Shown here: one piece after another, positions 46,771 to 63,812 of the stretch | Position numbering within the stretch: the first letter of the stretch is position 1 | How the letters are laid out: each line of letters begins with the position of its first letter | From: the human T2T-CHM13v2.0 reference genome, Homo sapiens | Assembly (NCBI RefSeq): GCF_009914755.1 | Contig: NC_060934.1 | Length of the DNA: 64,000 bases | Direction: 5' to 3' (one strand) | Program-made: the position numbers and the translations under genes | The notes under the pieces: generated by a model | Seen by the model: only the letters and a program-made list of their open reading frames with translations | Databases searched by the model: none | Told to the model about the DNA's origin: nothing

Positions 46771-49299
46771 CTCCAAAGCAGAACAGAAACCAGCAGGCTT
46801 TGCTATTGAATTTGGCTGCCTTTCCTGCTCTGACCTCTTTTTAGCAGTGGGAAGATTGCCATCAATGCCTCATCATTTTTGTCAAACGAGAAAGGCTTGG
46901 ATTTGGGCCCCCTTCATTTCCAGCAAGAAAATAGATTTCCTAAGGCCTGGGTAAATTCATTGTTGTTACTGATTTTAATTGATGATTCAGCCCTGAACAT
47001 CTTGAGAATTTAAGCCAGTGTTGATAGCCCAGATCTGCAGGAAGCCAAATTGCCCCAGTTCTCCATACTTGCAGTGTGTTAAAGTGACATTTCAGATAGC
47101 TTCCCATCTAATTTGGGGGACTTTTTGTTTGAATTCACATTTAGCGAATGTTAAATAGTGTGTGGGGGTTATGTGTGCTGAATACATTGACATTTTTCTC
47201 TCCTGGAGGAAGAATCGTTTTCTCCCTTTCTTTCTATCCTCAACAAATTTTACTGTGTGTTCGATGCAATCGGTACAGAGATTGTGGGACAAGACCTTCT
47301 GGCTATTTCCCTATCTTCAGTTCCTCTGCCCTCCTGCAGTTGCATGCCTCTATGCTCAGAAACCAGGAGCCCCAGGGGAAACCTTGTTAGGCAGCCACTT
47401 GCCCATAGGGGTTCAGAGTGTCCACCGTAAGCTGCACGGGAAGGAAGAGCAAGTCATGTCGAACAATCCCTCTGGTGTCAGCTCATGAGCACAGGAATGT
47501 GCACCCAGATCCTGCACAGAGACATTTCCAAAGGGGACATGTGCCAGCAGCACTAGTTGGACACAATTCCTTTTCAAGCTGTTTGCTGTACATGTTCATC
47601 CCTAGAGCCTATGGAGAAATGAGCTAGCAAATGCCTACAAATTCATCTCCTGGCCTCTGGTATGGAGCCCATGAGGCTCATGGAAGCAGCTGTAATGTTG
47701 CCTGCTGTGAAAAGGAAGTTGGTGCCATACCCTCACCTGTTACCCTCTGCTAGGGGAGCCTGTCACAGCCAAATGCCAGCCAGAGGTCAAAAGCCTCCCT
47801 TGGCCAATAAGGCGGGTAATGAACACACTTCCCATAGGCCTGACAATGACAGGACTTCGGCCAAACTCAGAGCCAGTGATTTTAGAGAAGCCTTCAAAAC
47901 AAACACTTTAACAGCCAAATCATGCCTGTTCCAAAAATGATTTTTGTTTCTTAATTTTAGGTTTTTTCCCCCAAAAACATCCTTAAATAACGAGAAGCAT
48001 TTCTACACATCCCCAGAGGGAAGCCAGATATGTACCTTTTCATGGACACAGGCTCTTCATTAAAAAGAAAATGCATAAGAGGCAGTGTGCTTTGACTGAA
48101 ACTTCTCCTCATGGTACTAAATACTACTAGAAGAAAGCAATTCAAACTCCACCAGTTCCTTCATGTGATGACACAGAGCTGGCAAGGGAAGCAGCCTTTA
48201 GGTGCCAATAAATCATGGTGGCCACATGTGTTTCTGCTTCATTGCTACCCTGTATGGGTACTCACCCTCCAAGATCCCATGCCATGCTATTTCAGAGTCC
48301 ATCAATACTCCAGCAACCACTGTCCATGCACATCAGGCTTGCAGAATGCTAGAGCAATTATGTTACCAAAGGTTATAAGACGTAAATATGTTTGGACAGA
48401 AGTTCAAATAAAGGTTGAGTCTGGGCTTGCCCCGGTTTCCCACCAAGTTGGCCTTGCTGTATCTGGGGCCCATCTTTCCATTAGCTGGGACTTCTTTCTT
48501 GGCTCCACAGGGGCCTCCATTTCATTTCTCTCTTCCCCATTTTTCTCTCTATAAAAACAGTGGTCATTTACGGAGCATTTAGTCTGTACTCACAGGCCAT
48601 GACTGCCCCACATTATGCTACAAGATAGATTTCTATCTATCTACAAGATAGATAACATTGTCCCTAATTTGTCAAGAAGAAAACTAAGGCTCTGAAAAGA
48701 AAATAGTCATTTTCTGTAGGGCACAATGCCTGTAAGTTAGTCATTTTCTGCAGGGCATAATGCCTGTAAACAGTAGAGTTGGGATCTGAACACACAACTG
48801 AGTTCCCAGTCCATGCCCTCTTGGATACACCATACTTCCTCTATCTCCTTCTGTAGTTTCTTTTTTCCCCAGGGTAACTACTCTCATTCTTCATAACATG
48901 GTAGAGTATGTATATTCACTATCAAACCTTTATTCAGTGCCTCAAACACAAGTTAAACGGGAAGAAGGTGCCTAGCTCATTTCCCAAGCAGAAGTATTTT
49001 CTTTGAACTTGTTATTGCCCCTCTTATTCACTCCCCAAAGGCTTTCTGGATCCCCCAGACAAGTGGGTACCTGCACAATCCACTGTGGTCTGCAGAGTAC
49101 ATTTCATTCCCAAACAGCACAATGATAAATGGTAACACTGATTTTAAGGGTTTCTAGTTGTGTTGGTGTAAACTAGAGCAGCTTCTAGGATCAGGAGGCC
49201 TCTAGGAGATTAGATAACTCTATTAATGATATGATATGTGCCCTTTCAGAAACTATTCTGAATGATATGTGCCCTTTCAGAAACTACTCTGAGTTTATA

Positions 49300-49659
49300 C
49301 AGATGTCCGTCAGATTGTGATGGGATTATGTCCTGATAAACTCATAGTAAGTTGAAAATATTGCAAGTTGAAAATGCATTTAATGTACCTAACCTCCTAA
49401 ACATAGGTTAACCTAACCTACCTTAAACGTGCTCAGAACACTTACCTTAGCCTGAAGTTGGACAAAATAATCTAACCCAAAGCCTATTTTATAATAAAGT
49501 GTTGAACAGCTCATGTAATTGACTACTGTACTGAAAGTGAAAAAGAGAATGGTTGTATGGGTACTTGAAGTGTGGTTTCTGTTGAACTCATATCACTTTC
49601 ACGTCATTGTAAAGTTGAAAAGTTGTACGTCAAACTATTGTTAAGTCGGGGACCATTTG
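49300..49659. mobile_element. TcMar-Tigger non-autonomous DNA transposon (MER47A-like)
   Basis: 360 bp, TA on both flanks (49298-49299 and 49660-49661), termini CAGATG...CATTTG, internal acctaacctaccttaaacgtgctcagaacac. Confidence 0.8.
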
Positions 49660-52600
49660 TATTTGGAAGTGACTATACCTCTCCAAGCACTACCGCATCT
49701 TGACTCAAGCCCATGAGAAAAGAGTTGGACGAAGCTCTAGGTGTGAAATAAAGATGCATGCACTATCCTGGTTGAAGTTCTTGCTAGAAATAATGCAAAC
49801 TAGGATTGTCTACAGGAATAACAACCACTGCTATTTCATACTCACACTGAAAAATGCTTTGGGTAACCCAAGTTATTTTAGAACCTATCTTGGGTCATCC
49901 AAGCCAAAAAAAAGGCTCATCAAAAAGAATGAGAGAAAAACAATTGACTAAATAGAGAATACTGTACACCATAACTTGACAAAGAATTATGCACCATAAC
50001 ACAGGCCAAGCATTCTAGACTGTAGGCACCTGACATTTTCTCCTGATGTTCTGAGGCTCCTTCTAAGAAATCATATTTGTTACTAACCAATGTCCATAAT
50101 GATTCTTTATCAGGCCCTAGTTTGGGATGTATCCACGCTGCTCTCAGACAAGTAGAATAGTCAAGAGAAAGAGAGAGAGAGTATTCAGGAGTAGCTCTGC
50201 AGTTTGGGCCTTGCTTTAACACTGGGATTTTGTCAAATAAACTATTTTTCTTGCTGCAGGCTTATTTCTAATCATGAGGGCCACCTATACCTGGAGTCGA
50301 GGACTGCTGGAGATAAATCTCTGACAACCTCATTTTCTCTTTGTCTAAAATTTCCCAATGTACTAGAAGTCTTGATAATCATGAAGTTGCCCAAAAAGGA
50401 ATTTTCCATCAGACTACTGAGATGGCATTTTGGATAGTCTTTGCCCATCCTAGTCAGAATTACCCCGCACACCTGGGTTACTGATTTACCTATCAAGAGA
50501 AAATGGAACTCCAAGGGGGAGTTCTAGCAGGAAGGAAACTAAAAGATTGGAAAAGTGAACTAATTTATGTAGAAAAATGATAGTGAAGGGAAGCTGAGCT
50601 TTAGGTTTATGTCAGGGATCACCTCCATGCCTTCCTTGAGGCCCATGTTTTAGATTATGAGATTGCCAGGCCACAGATTTCAGGGTGGAAATTCTTATGT
50701 TTATGCTTCTGTCTAAGGCTGAGTTTTAATAGACATCAGACAAATGCAGAATGCAACTTCCAGGCCATTAACACGTCTTTTTGGAGAAGGCTTTTCTGCA
50801 GTCTGGAGTAGAAGTAGGAATTCTACTTCTCGAGACTTTCCTAGGAAAAGTCACTCAACAACTTTAAGAACAGGCCTTGAGCACTGTGCTAGGCACTGCA
50901 AGGAAACGATATTGAAGCAGAAAAATCTCATAGTGAAACTAGACACATTGAACCACTAACTCATTAGACTCCTAACTTCTCCCTCTTCAACTGGGCTTAA
51001 TCTGGAAGTTTCTTTCAGGCCATTTCATAAATTCTCAATTAAAAACTTGGGTTAATGAGACATTCTGAGTAATTGAAATTTCTAATTTAAATAGGGCTTA
51101 TTCAGCAAGCCTTCTTTAAACAGAAAAGTCTTTCTAAAATACCTATTTTACACTTTTGGAAACAGAGCAAAGGGAAGCTTTTAATTATTTCCTTGATGAC
51201 TAGAAGAGATTCCAATGTCTCAATATTAATGCTCTTCATCCAATGCTAAAGACATATACATAAACATGTACAAGGCGTCAAAGTTCAAGAGCAAGCCAAT
51301 GGCATTTCTGAGAGAAACTGTTTTTAAGGAGGAAATAATTTCATCTATCTATTTATATTTCTCATAGTTTCTTTTCTTAAAGTCCAAATAATCTAATTTG
51401 GTAGAGTACTCATTGATTGAGATTTCCTTTACTATCCTTTGAAAATAGCCCAGACTATAAGTTTTTATGAAGGCAGGCACCCTTGTCTACTTTGTTTGAC
51501 ACCAGCTCCCAATGCTAACACAAAAACATTTGCTGAATGAATGGAGGGAGGTGAAGAGACGAGGGGATGATTAATGTATAAGTGAATGCATGAAAGACTA
51601 GCCTTGAAATTCCCAGGGTTCTATGGTCAGCCTCAATCTTGGACATTCCTTATTGTCAGCCCATTTTTATTCCTTTATTACCCAAGAATGCAACTGAAGA
51701 TAATTTGTGAAATCCCAAGGGCCTGTGAGGCAAACTAATACAAGGATTAGGAAAGCAAAAATCAAAGATTACAACCACTCCACCCTCCAAAAGAAAAAGA
51801 GCAGAACCATCCATAGCCATCAAAAACCAATGAAGAGGTATATTTACAAGTGCTCTACAAAGTTAGCCACAGGGGGATGCTAAAGGCTACTGGTAAAGTG
51901 TCATGCTTGGAGCTGGCCAATACTTAGGGCTCCATCATGTGATGTCAAAGATTTTTTTTTTCATAAGCCCCTAACCAGATTTTAAATTTATCACCTTGAA
52001 AGAAAACCCACAAACCACAAAATAATGTTCTACTCTCACTATAAATTAACCTTCCATGAAAAGCCTGGTGTAATTGGGGTATCACAGAGCCAAGAAGTAG
52101 TGCCATGTTCCAATCCATCATCACAATGGAGACCCTTATCATTCACGCAGGGACAATCCACAGAGGCCTAGTGAGAGTGAATACCGATCCATCAAAATGC
52201 TTGACAGCTTCTGAGAAATGAATTATACATCAGTATAGAGTTGACCTCAACTTATTTCCACAAAAGTGTTTTATTAAACAAAGACTAATAGAAAGAAATT
52301 GGGGCAAAAGAGAAAAATATATAAAAAAAAGATAATACCAAGATCACAAATACATACACTAAAATTCAGTACAGTTGTTAAGAATGGACAATAAATTAGA
52401 CTCAGTTTCCCAAACACCAAAGCAAAAAAACACAACACAATCAGTATAAAATTTAATGTTCATGAGACAGAATCAGTTGCAGAGAAGAAAATCCAGTTCT
52501 ACTTCCTATGAAGGCTAAGAAAAATCTCTGCCTATGTGATGTAATATAGTATGTAGTAAACATATGGACCCTCTTCAATGAGATTTTGTTGGTTTGATTC

Positions 52601-53619
52601 ACTTAAAAGATGGATTATTATTCAATGACTATTAAAAGAGCCACACTTGATGTTCTGGCCTGATTGGGACTGTTGGTGTGGTGATGGTGGTGGTATAGAA
52701 TATCTTGGAGGAAGCGACTGGAAGCTATCCTTCATAAGATTCCATATGGGTTATAAGAGTAACAACTGAGTGTCGGATAAAAATGCAGCACCTCAGCGTG
52801 ATGACTAATATTTTGATTCTGTACCAGAGGTACTCCATGCCAATTAAAAAGGCAGATCCATTTCTGCCTTTTTACAATTCAGAAGGAAAGATCAAAACTG
52901 ACACCCAGAGATTCAAGTGCCCACAAAACACTCTGATGTACTCTGCAGTAAAAATAAAAATAACATTGCCATAGGCACTCCCAAATATCTGGCTGTTTGC
53001 AGAGCTAAGAACCCCACCACAAAGGAAGTTACCTCAGAGGATGGAACTTGCTGTTTTTGACATATGTTACTACACTTCAGCATATATTCATGGCACCCAT
53101 CATTGTTATAAGGTATATTGGGGTTTCATTTTCAACTTGCTCCTTTGAGAGGTACTATTTTTTCCCTGATAAAGTTATTTCAAGAACATGCATTTTCATA
53201 GAGCAGTATAGCTGAAACCGTCTTGTGTAAATTAATAGTTGTCCATTAGACACTTGGACTTGCATACAGCTGCATCCTGGGTCCTCTCCAGGAGTCACAA
53301 TGCACATTAGCACATTAATGACTCCGACAAGTCTTACAGCTAAGAAACCTAGAGAATGGCCTCAAAGTTCCCAATGCAATGTTAATTAGAAGATAACTGA
53401 ATGAAGCACCTCCATTTTCCACTTCAATGCTAATTTTTTTCATGTTCTTCTGGACATCTTTTGTGTTGAGAGTTGGAAGTCATTAAAGCAGACTGATAAC
53501 GACTTATAGTTCAACTGTTGTTAGGACATAAATTTGTGTACCTAGTCATTAAGGATACTCTGCCAATAACTGCTTATTGTTTCCCAAACTTATTTGACCA
53601 TGCAAACTGTGTCATCAAG

Positions 53620-54085
53620 GTCTTCTGTTTTCAGCTTCAACATTTAAAGAGCTTGGGAGTTATCACTGTCATCCTTACAATAGGAAGAAGCTGAGCAAAC
53701 TGCAAAACAAGTTTTTTTGGACCCATCACGGAAATGAAGTCATAGGTACAACCACTGTTCCAAAATCTGGAGAGAGAGTTGCATTCAGAGTCATGGGCAA
53801 GATCTGCTTACACGGAGCGGAAGCCGCTAGAGCCATAAACTAATAAGAACACCTACATGGTAAATGACAAATTACTGGAGGTTGCTCCTTGTACTTTAGC
53901 CCTTTCTAGTCTTCCCATCTGACTCAGGGAGAAAAAACCGTCAGCAGGCATCAAGGCTTCAAGGAAGCAGACAAAGAATTCTGCAGTCATGGAATTTATG
54001 TAGAATAGAGGATAAGAGGAGTGGGTTTACTACCACACTCATGAAGGTCAAGCCTGGAGAAACAGACCCACTAAAAGACAGATTC
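53620..54085 (+). mobile_element. Ancient L1M 5' region (left half, split by a younger L1)
   Basis: Sequence appears to resume at ~62540 (actaaaagac..agattca / aaaactgagattcaatc). Confidence 0.5.
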
Positions 54086-56396
54086 ATGACATGGTTTTAA
54101 GATGGCTGACCAGAGGCAGCTGGTACTTGCCTCCCCCACAAACAAGAACCAAAATAGTGAGTATGTAATCATACTTTGGTCACCTATGAGAGAACACTGG
54201 AATTCAACAGAGAAGTGACAGGAAACATATAAGGCAAGGGAGGAGAAGGAAGTGAGGCAGCATGCTCAGCTGGGGGACTGAAGAATCTCCCAATTGCGGT
54301 GAAAGAGAAAGTGAGTGACTCTCAGCAGTTCACATTCCCACCACAGACTCCTGCAATTCTTGCCACAGGAGAGTCCTTCAACCCACACAGGCCCTGAGAC
54401 TAACATAGGGAGCTACCTAGAGATTTCTTGAAGGAATTGCTCCAGAAAGGAAGCTCACACCAGGTCCCATGCCCACCCCCAGTACTAAGCAGCTATAGCA
54501 AAGCACTATTTTGAGAGCGCAGTCTCCACCAGAATGCCCTGGAGCCCAACATCTCCTGCATCTTCACATCCCTGGAGCCCCACTGACATCCCACACACAC
54601 AGCAGGGAGCTGCTGCTGTCTGGCACTGCCAGGGCCAAAGTATGAGCCATAAGCAGCAACCCCACCACCCCCAGTAGCAGGGCCACCATGCATTTAAAAA
54701 TGCCCTGAGGAAAGCCTACTCTGTTTATATGGCTGCCAACTGTGGCCAAAGAGTGTGCTCCTTAGCTGCCTGTTTATGCTTCTTCTACTGCCACTGAAAG
54801 CAACCCTCTCCTCCCCAGGAGCAGAGCCACAGCACAACTGTTGCCACTCCAACCTAAGCATTCCTCCAAGAGCCTGGTGATTGCCCTGCCTCTGCCTACC
54901 ATAGCCCATTACCACACACACCACTGGGGGCCTGAGAACAGGTGTGCTTAGCCTGGATCCACCCACCCCCATGCCCAAGCACAACATCTAGGGGCCTGGG
55001 ATTCCCCCGCCCCATCAAACATTGTTGGCATCTAAGCATTCCTTCCAGGCTCTTGAGGATAGGCCCACTAAATCTGCTGCTAATACCACAGCTGGTATGC
55101 ACCACTAAATGCCACCTAAAGGCCTGGAGACTGGCCTACCCAGCCCATTGCAGCCACCAGCACCACCAGTACAGGCTGCTTGGAAGTCAGAGGATTCTCT
55201 CACCACTGCTACTGCCATTGCCCATTCCACGCCTGCTGCCCAGGCACCTGGCCCACTTCTGCAACTGCTGGCACCTGAGATGGCCACCTGTGGGGGTCCA
55301 AGAATCAGTCCCCCTGGACCCATTAACACCAGGGTCAACATATGCTGCCCTGCAAGGATAGGCATGCTTGGCTTACTGCTGCCACCATTGGGGCCTAAGT
55401 GCAGGCTCAACTGCTGTCCCTGTCTCCAGCAAAACTTTACCACAGCCTTCACTAACAGTATTCTAAACCACTGAGTAAATCAGACACTACTGGTGGTGTT
55501 TATAGCCAAATAAATTATACAGAGATTATACTACTGCACATACCCAGAATCAAAGCCAAAGTGCCCTGCTCAACCAATGCTATAGATACACCTTCGGGAA
55601 AAAGTCATTCCCAACTAAAAGGCAAATGCAAACAAATTTAAGGAGTGACTGTTACACCAGATGCACAGATACCAATGTAAGGATGGAAGAAGCATAAAAA
55701 GGCAATGAAATATGACACCTCCAGAGGAACACAATAATTCTCCAGCAACAGATTCCAACAAAAAAGTATAAAATCCCACATAAAAAATTCAAAATGATAC
55801 TAAAGAAGCTCAGTGAGATACAAAATAACTCAAAAAGCAAAACAAAGACATCAGAAAAACAATTCAGTATTCAGGATATGAAAGAGAAATTTACAAAAGA
55901 GATAGATATCATAAAAAATAACCAAACAGAAATTCTGGAACTGAGGAATTCAATTAATGAAATACAAAATTTGAAAGCTTCAACAATAGGCTAAATCAAG
56001 CAGAAGAAAACATTTCAGAACATAAAGACAGGTCTTTTGAAATAACCCAGTCAGGCAAAAATATAGAGAAAAATTTAAAAAGAATGGACAAAGCCTATGT
56101 GACATATGGGACACCATAAAGCAACCGAAGATTCAAATTTTCAGTGCTCCACAAGGTGAAGAACAAATGAAAGGGTTAGATAATGTCCTTAATGAAATAA
56201 TAGCTGAAAACTTTCCAACTTTAGCAAGAGATTTAGACAGCCATACACAGGAAGCTCACAGATCCCCATACAGATATTATCATTCAAAAAGGTCTTCTCC
56301 ACAGCACCTTATAATAAAACTGTCAAAAGTCAAAGAGAGAATTCTAAAAACAGCAAGAGGAAAAGCATTTAGTCACTTATAAGGGAATCCCCATCA

Positions 56397-58002
<1,606 letters not shown>

Positions 58003-58418
58003 AAAGAAAAAAATTGCCAACAAAGGATACTATACCTAGCACAGCTATCCTTCATAAATGAAGGAGAAATGAAGTTTTCCCCAGACAAACATAGTAGAGG
58101 GAATTCACACCACTAGAGTGGTCCTACAAGAAATGCTTAAGTGAGTCCTACATGTGAAAACAAAAAGACAATAGCTACCATCATGAAAACACACAGAAGG
58201 ATAAGACTCACTGGTAGGGCAAACACACAAATGAGGAAGAGAAAGAGCTCAAATATTACCACTACAGAAAACCACCAAGCCACAATGATATAGAAAAGAA
58301 ACAAATGATATGCAAAACTACCAAAATTAATGAATAAAATGACAAGAATAAGCCCTCACACATCAATAACAACCTCGAATGAAAATGATTAAACTTTGCA
58401 GTTAAAAGATATAGACTG

Positions 58419-58782
<364 letters not shown>

Positions 58783-61700
58783 TCATCTTAGTGTAAAGAC
58801 ACATATAGACCAAAAGCAAAGGAATGGAAGAAGATATTCCATGCAAATAGAAACCAAAAGGCCAATCCCTTTATCACTAGATAATGACTTTCTTTGTAAC
58901 TATTTACCATTTTTGACAATTTAGCAAGAGGATATAACCATTCTAAAGATAAGCACCCAGGACCAGAGTACTTAGATATATGAAGCAAGTATTATTAGAT
59001 CTAAAGGAATAGAATCTAATGCAATAATAGTTGGGGACTTCACTTCACTCTCAGCATTAGACACATCATTTAGATAGAAAATTAGCAAGGAAACTTTGGA
59101 TTTAAACCACATTAAAACAAATGAACCTAAGATATTTACAGAACACTTCATTTAACAGGTATAGAATACATATTCTTCTCATCTGCATATGGAACACTCC
59201 CCAGAATAGGCCATATGTAGGACACAAAACAAGTCTCAACAAATTTTTAAACATTGAAATCATATCAAGAATCTTTTCAGATCACAGTGAAATAAGACTA
59301 GAAATTAATAACAAAAGAAACTTTGGAAATTGTACAAACACATAGAAAATAAACAACGTGCTCCTAAATGACCATTGGGTCAAGGAAGAAATTAAGGAGG
59401 AAATTTTTAAAAATTCTTGGAACAAATGAGAATTGAGACACAACATATCAAAGCTTATGAGATACAGCAAAAGCAGTGCTAACAGGGAAATGTATAGCAA
59501 TAAACACCTACAGCAAAAAAGTAGAAAGATTTAAAATAAACAATCTAATGATGCACCTCAAGGAACTACTAAAGCAAGAAGAAACCAAACCCAAAATTAG
59601 TAGTATGAAATAAATTATGAAGATCAGAGCAGATCTAAGCAAAATAGAATCCCCCCCCCGCCAAAAAGGCAAAGATTCAATAAAACAAAATACTGGTTTT
59701 TTGAAAAGGTAAACAAAATCAAACCATTTGCTAAACTAACCAAGAGACAAAGACGCAAATAAATGAAATCAGAAATGGAAAAAGAGACATTAAAACTGAC
59801 ACCACAGAAATACAAAAGATCATCAGAGATTATTATGAACCACTATATACTAAAAAACTAGAAAATCCAGAAGAAATGGTACATTTCTGAGCACATACAA
59901 CCTATAGTGACTGAATCATTAAACAACGAAAAACTTGAATAGACCAAAAAAGAAGTAATGAGACTGAATCAGCAATAAAAAGTCTCCCAACAAAGAAAAG
60001 CCCAGAACTGAACAGTTTCATTGTGGAATTCTACCAAATTTACCAAGGAAAATTAACAACAATCCTCCTCAAACTATTCTAAAAAATTGAAGAGGACGGA
60101 ATTCTCCCCAACTCATTCTATGAGGCCAGCATTACCCTGATACTAAAACCAGACAAGGATGCAACAAAAAAAGAAAAACTACAGACAGGCCAGTATCCCT
60201 GATGATCATTGATGCAAAAATCCTCAACAAAATATCAGCAAACTGAATCGAATAGTACATCAAAAAGATAATACACCATGATCAAGTGGGACTTATTCCA
60301 TGGATGCAAAGATGGTCCAACATATGCAAATCAATAAACAGGATACATCACAATGAAAAACGGAAAAACAAAAACCATATGATCATCTCAATAGATGCAG
60401 AAACAGTGTTTGATACAATTCAACATCCCTTCATCATACAAAGTCTAACACCAAGCATAGAATGAACATACCTCAACATAATAAAGGCCATATATGACAA
60501 ATCCACAGCTAACATCATACTGAATGGGGAAAAGCCTTTCCTCTAAGAACTGGAACAAGACAAGGATGCCCATTTTCTTCACTCTTATTCAACATGGTAC
60601 TGGGAGTCCAAGCAATCAGGCAAAAGAAATAAAAGGCATCCAAATTGGAAAAGAGGAAGTCAATTTGTCCCTCTCTGCTGATGATATAATCTTATATCTA
60701 GAATAACCTAAAGATAACAAACTCTTAAATCTGACAAATTCAGTACTTACAGGATACAAAATCAACATATAAAAGTCAGTAACAACTAGTTCATACCAAT
60801 AATGAACTAGTTGAGAAAGAAATCAAGAAGGCAATTCCATTTACAATAGCTACAAAAAATAAATGAAATACCTAGCAATAAATTTATCTAAGGAGGTAAA
60901 ATATTGCTACAAGAAAAACTACAAATCTCTGATGTAAGAAATTGAGCAGGATACAAAAATATGAAAAGACATCCCATGCTCATGGATCAGAAGAATTAAT
61001 ACCATTAAAATGATATTAACTCAAAGCAATTTGCAGATTCAATGTAATCCCTATCAAAATACCAATGCCATTTTTCACAGTAATAGAAAAAACAATCCTA
61101 AAATTCATATGAAACCAAAATAGAGCCTGAATAGTCAAAGGAATTCTGAGCAAAAAGAACAAAGCTGAAGGCATTATATTATCTGATTTCGGTATAGATT
61201 ACAAGGATATAGTAACGAAAACAACATGATTTGGATATAATAACAGACACATAGGCCAATGTAATGAAATAGAGAATCTAGAAATAAATCCACATATTTG
61301 GAGACAGTTAATTTTCTACAAATGTGTGAAAAACATACACTAGGGAAGGGACACCTTCTTCAATAAATGGTCCTGGGAAAATCGGATATCCCTATGTAGA
61401 AGAATGGAACTGGACCTGTATCTTTAACTGTATACAAAAATAAACTCAAGATGGATTAAAGACTTAAACATAAGATTTTATAGCTAAGACCTGAAAATTT
61501 TGACAACAAAACCAAAAATAGACAAATGGGACTATATCAAACTAAAAGGCTCTGCAAAGCAAAGGAAACAATCAACAGAGTGAAGACACCACCTGCTAAA
61601 TGGGAAGCAAAGGAAACAATCAACAGAGTGAAGACGCCACCTGCTAAATGGGAGAAAAATATTTGCAAACTATTCATCCAACAAGAGACTAACATCCAGA

Positions 61701-62539
61701 ATATACAAGGAACACAGACAGTTGAACAGTGAAAAAAAAAAATCCCATTAAAAAGTGGGCAAAGGGCATGAATTGAGATTTCTCAAAGGAGAAGACATAC
61801 AATGGCCAACAGGTATATGAAAAAAAGCTCAACATTGCTAATCATCTTACCACAGTTAGAATGACTATTACTGAAAAAGACCAAAAAAATACCATATGAT
61901 CCACCAATCCCACTACCGGGTATTTATTTATCCAAAAGAAAAGAAATCAGTATATGAAAAAGATACCTGCACTTACGTGTTTATTGGAGCACTATTCACA
62001 ACAGCAACAATATAGAGTCAGCCTCAGTATTCATCAATGGACAAATGTATGAAGAAGATGTGGTATATATACACACTGGAATACTATTTGGCCACAGAAA
62101 GGAATGAAATGATGTCATTTGCTGCAATGGATGGAACTGGAGATCATTATGTTAAATAAGTAAGACACCAAAATACAAATACTGCATGTTCTCACTCATT
62201 AGTGGGAACAAAAGGAGTTGATCTTTTGAAGATAGAGAGAAAAAATGGATACCAGGGGCAGGGAAGGGTAAGTGGGGTGAAGACAGTTTGGTTAATGGGT
62301 ACAAACATACAGTTAGATAGAAGGAATAAATTCTAATGTTTATAGGGTGATTATGGTTAACAATAATGTATATTTCAAAATAGCTAGAAGAGAGGACTTG
62401 AAATGTTCCCAAGACACAGAAACAGTAAATACTTGAAGTGATAATCCTAAATACCCTGACTTGATCATTACTCATTCTATGCATGTAGCAATATATCACA
62501 TGTAGCCCATATTGTGTATCAACAAAAAAAGTCTTGAAA

Positions 62540-63812
62540 AACTGAGATTCAATCATATGGTTAAACTCTCCCCCTATCCAACATCTAACCACCACACCAA
62601 TAGAGCTCCAGCAAGAAAAACAGTGGATTACAGTTAAAAGAGATACACGACACAGACCCTCTCTGAGGAGGACTACTTAGGGAAGCCCAAGTCAAAAGGG
62701 AGGGCCACAAATACAGCAGAAGAATTTGGAGCTAAGAACCAAAAGAAACTGCTAGAAATAGTCAACATCGTAACAGAAATGAAGAATGCCTTCGATGGGG
62801 TCATCATTAGAACAAACATGGCCAAGGAGAGTAGTATCAGTGAGCTTTAAGATATGTCAATAGAAACCTATCAAACTGAAAAAAGTGGGAGGCAAACATC
62901 CAAGAACTGTGGGACAATTTCAAAATGTGTAACTTATCATAACGGGAGTATCAGAAACAAAAGAAAGGGAAAGCAGAGAAGAAAGAAGTAATAATGGCTG
63001 ACAACTTTTCGAAATTAATGACAGACACCAAACCACAGACCCAGGAAGCTCAGAGAACACCAAAAATAAATACCACCCTCACCAAAAAAAATCTACACCT
63101 ATGCATTTCATATTCAATCTGTAGAAAGGCAAAGACAACGAGAAATTTTTGAAAGAAGTCAGAGAAAAAACATATTACCTATAGAAGAAAAGAATAAAAT
63201 TATGGCAGACTTCTTGTGAGAAACTAGGTAAGCCAGAAGAAAGTGGAGTGAAATATTTAAAATGTTGAAAGAAAAAAGCCAGCCAACCTGCCCTGCAAGA
63301 AATGGGAAGTTCTTCAGGCAAAATGAAAATGATGTTGGTTAGAAGCTTGAACTACATAAGAAGAGCATCAGAGAATAAATAAGTGAAGATGAACAAAATC
63401 TTTACTTGTTCTTAATTGATCTGTAAGGTAATTGCTTGTTCAAAGTAATAAATGTAATAATGTGTTGAGTGATTATACCATATGGATAAGTCAAATGAAT
63501 GACATCAATGTTCTAAGGGCAGAAATGAGAAATTGGGAATGTGTTGTTATAAAATGCCTACACTACACTTGAAGGCAGGCTTGTATTTGGAAAAAAGTTT
63601 ATATTGTAAACTCTAGGGCAACCATTTAAAAATTCGTAAAAAGAATAACTGGTATGATAAGAGATAAAATAGAATCATAAATTGTTCAAAACTAAAGGAA
63701 GACAGAAAAAGGAAGGGATGAAGAGAGGACAAATGCAACAAACAGAAAAGAGTTACAAACATGATAGATATTCATTCAGTTATATCAACTATCACTTTAA
63801 ATGTGAAAGGTC
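62540..63812 (+). mobile_element. Ancient L1M (right half; ORF1 remnants up to the ORF2 start region)
   Basis: agaaatgaagaatgccttcgatggg, gaagctcagagaacacc, tcaactatcactttaaatgtgaa. Confidence 0.6.

Noticed and set aside
54493-55474. GC-rich cluster of overlapping ORFs resembling a promoter or gene
   Set aside because: It lies in the 5'UTR of the old L1 and is CpG-depleted; open frames reflect low stop-codon density.
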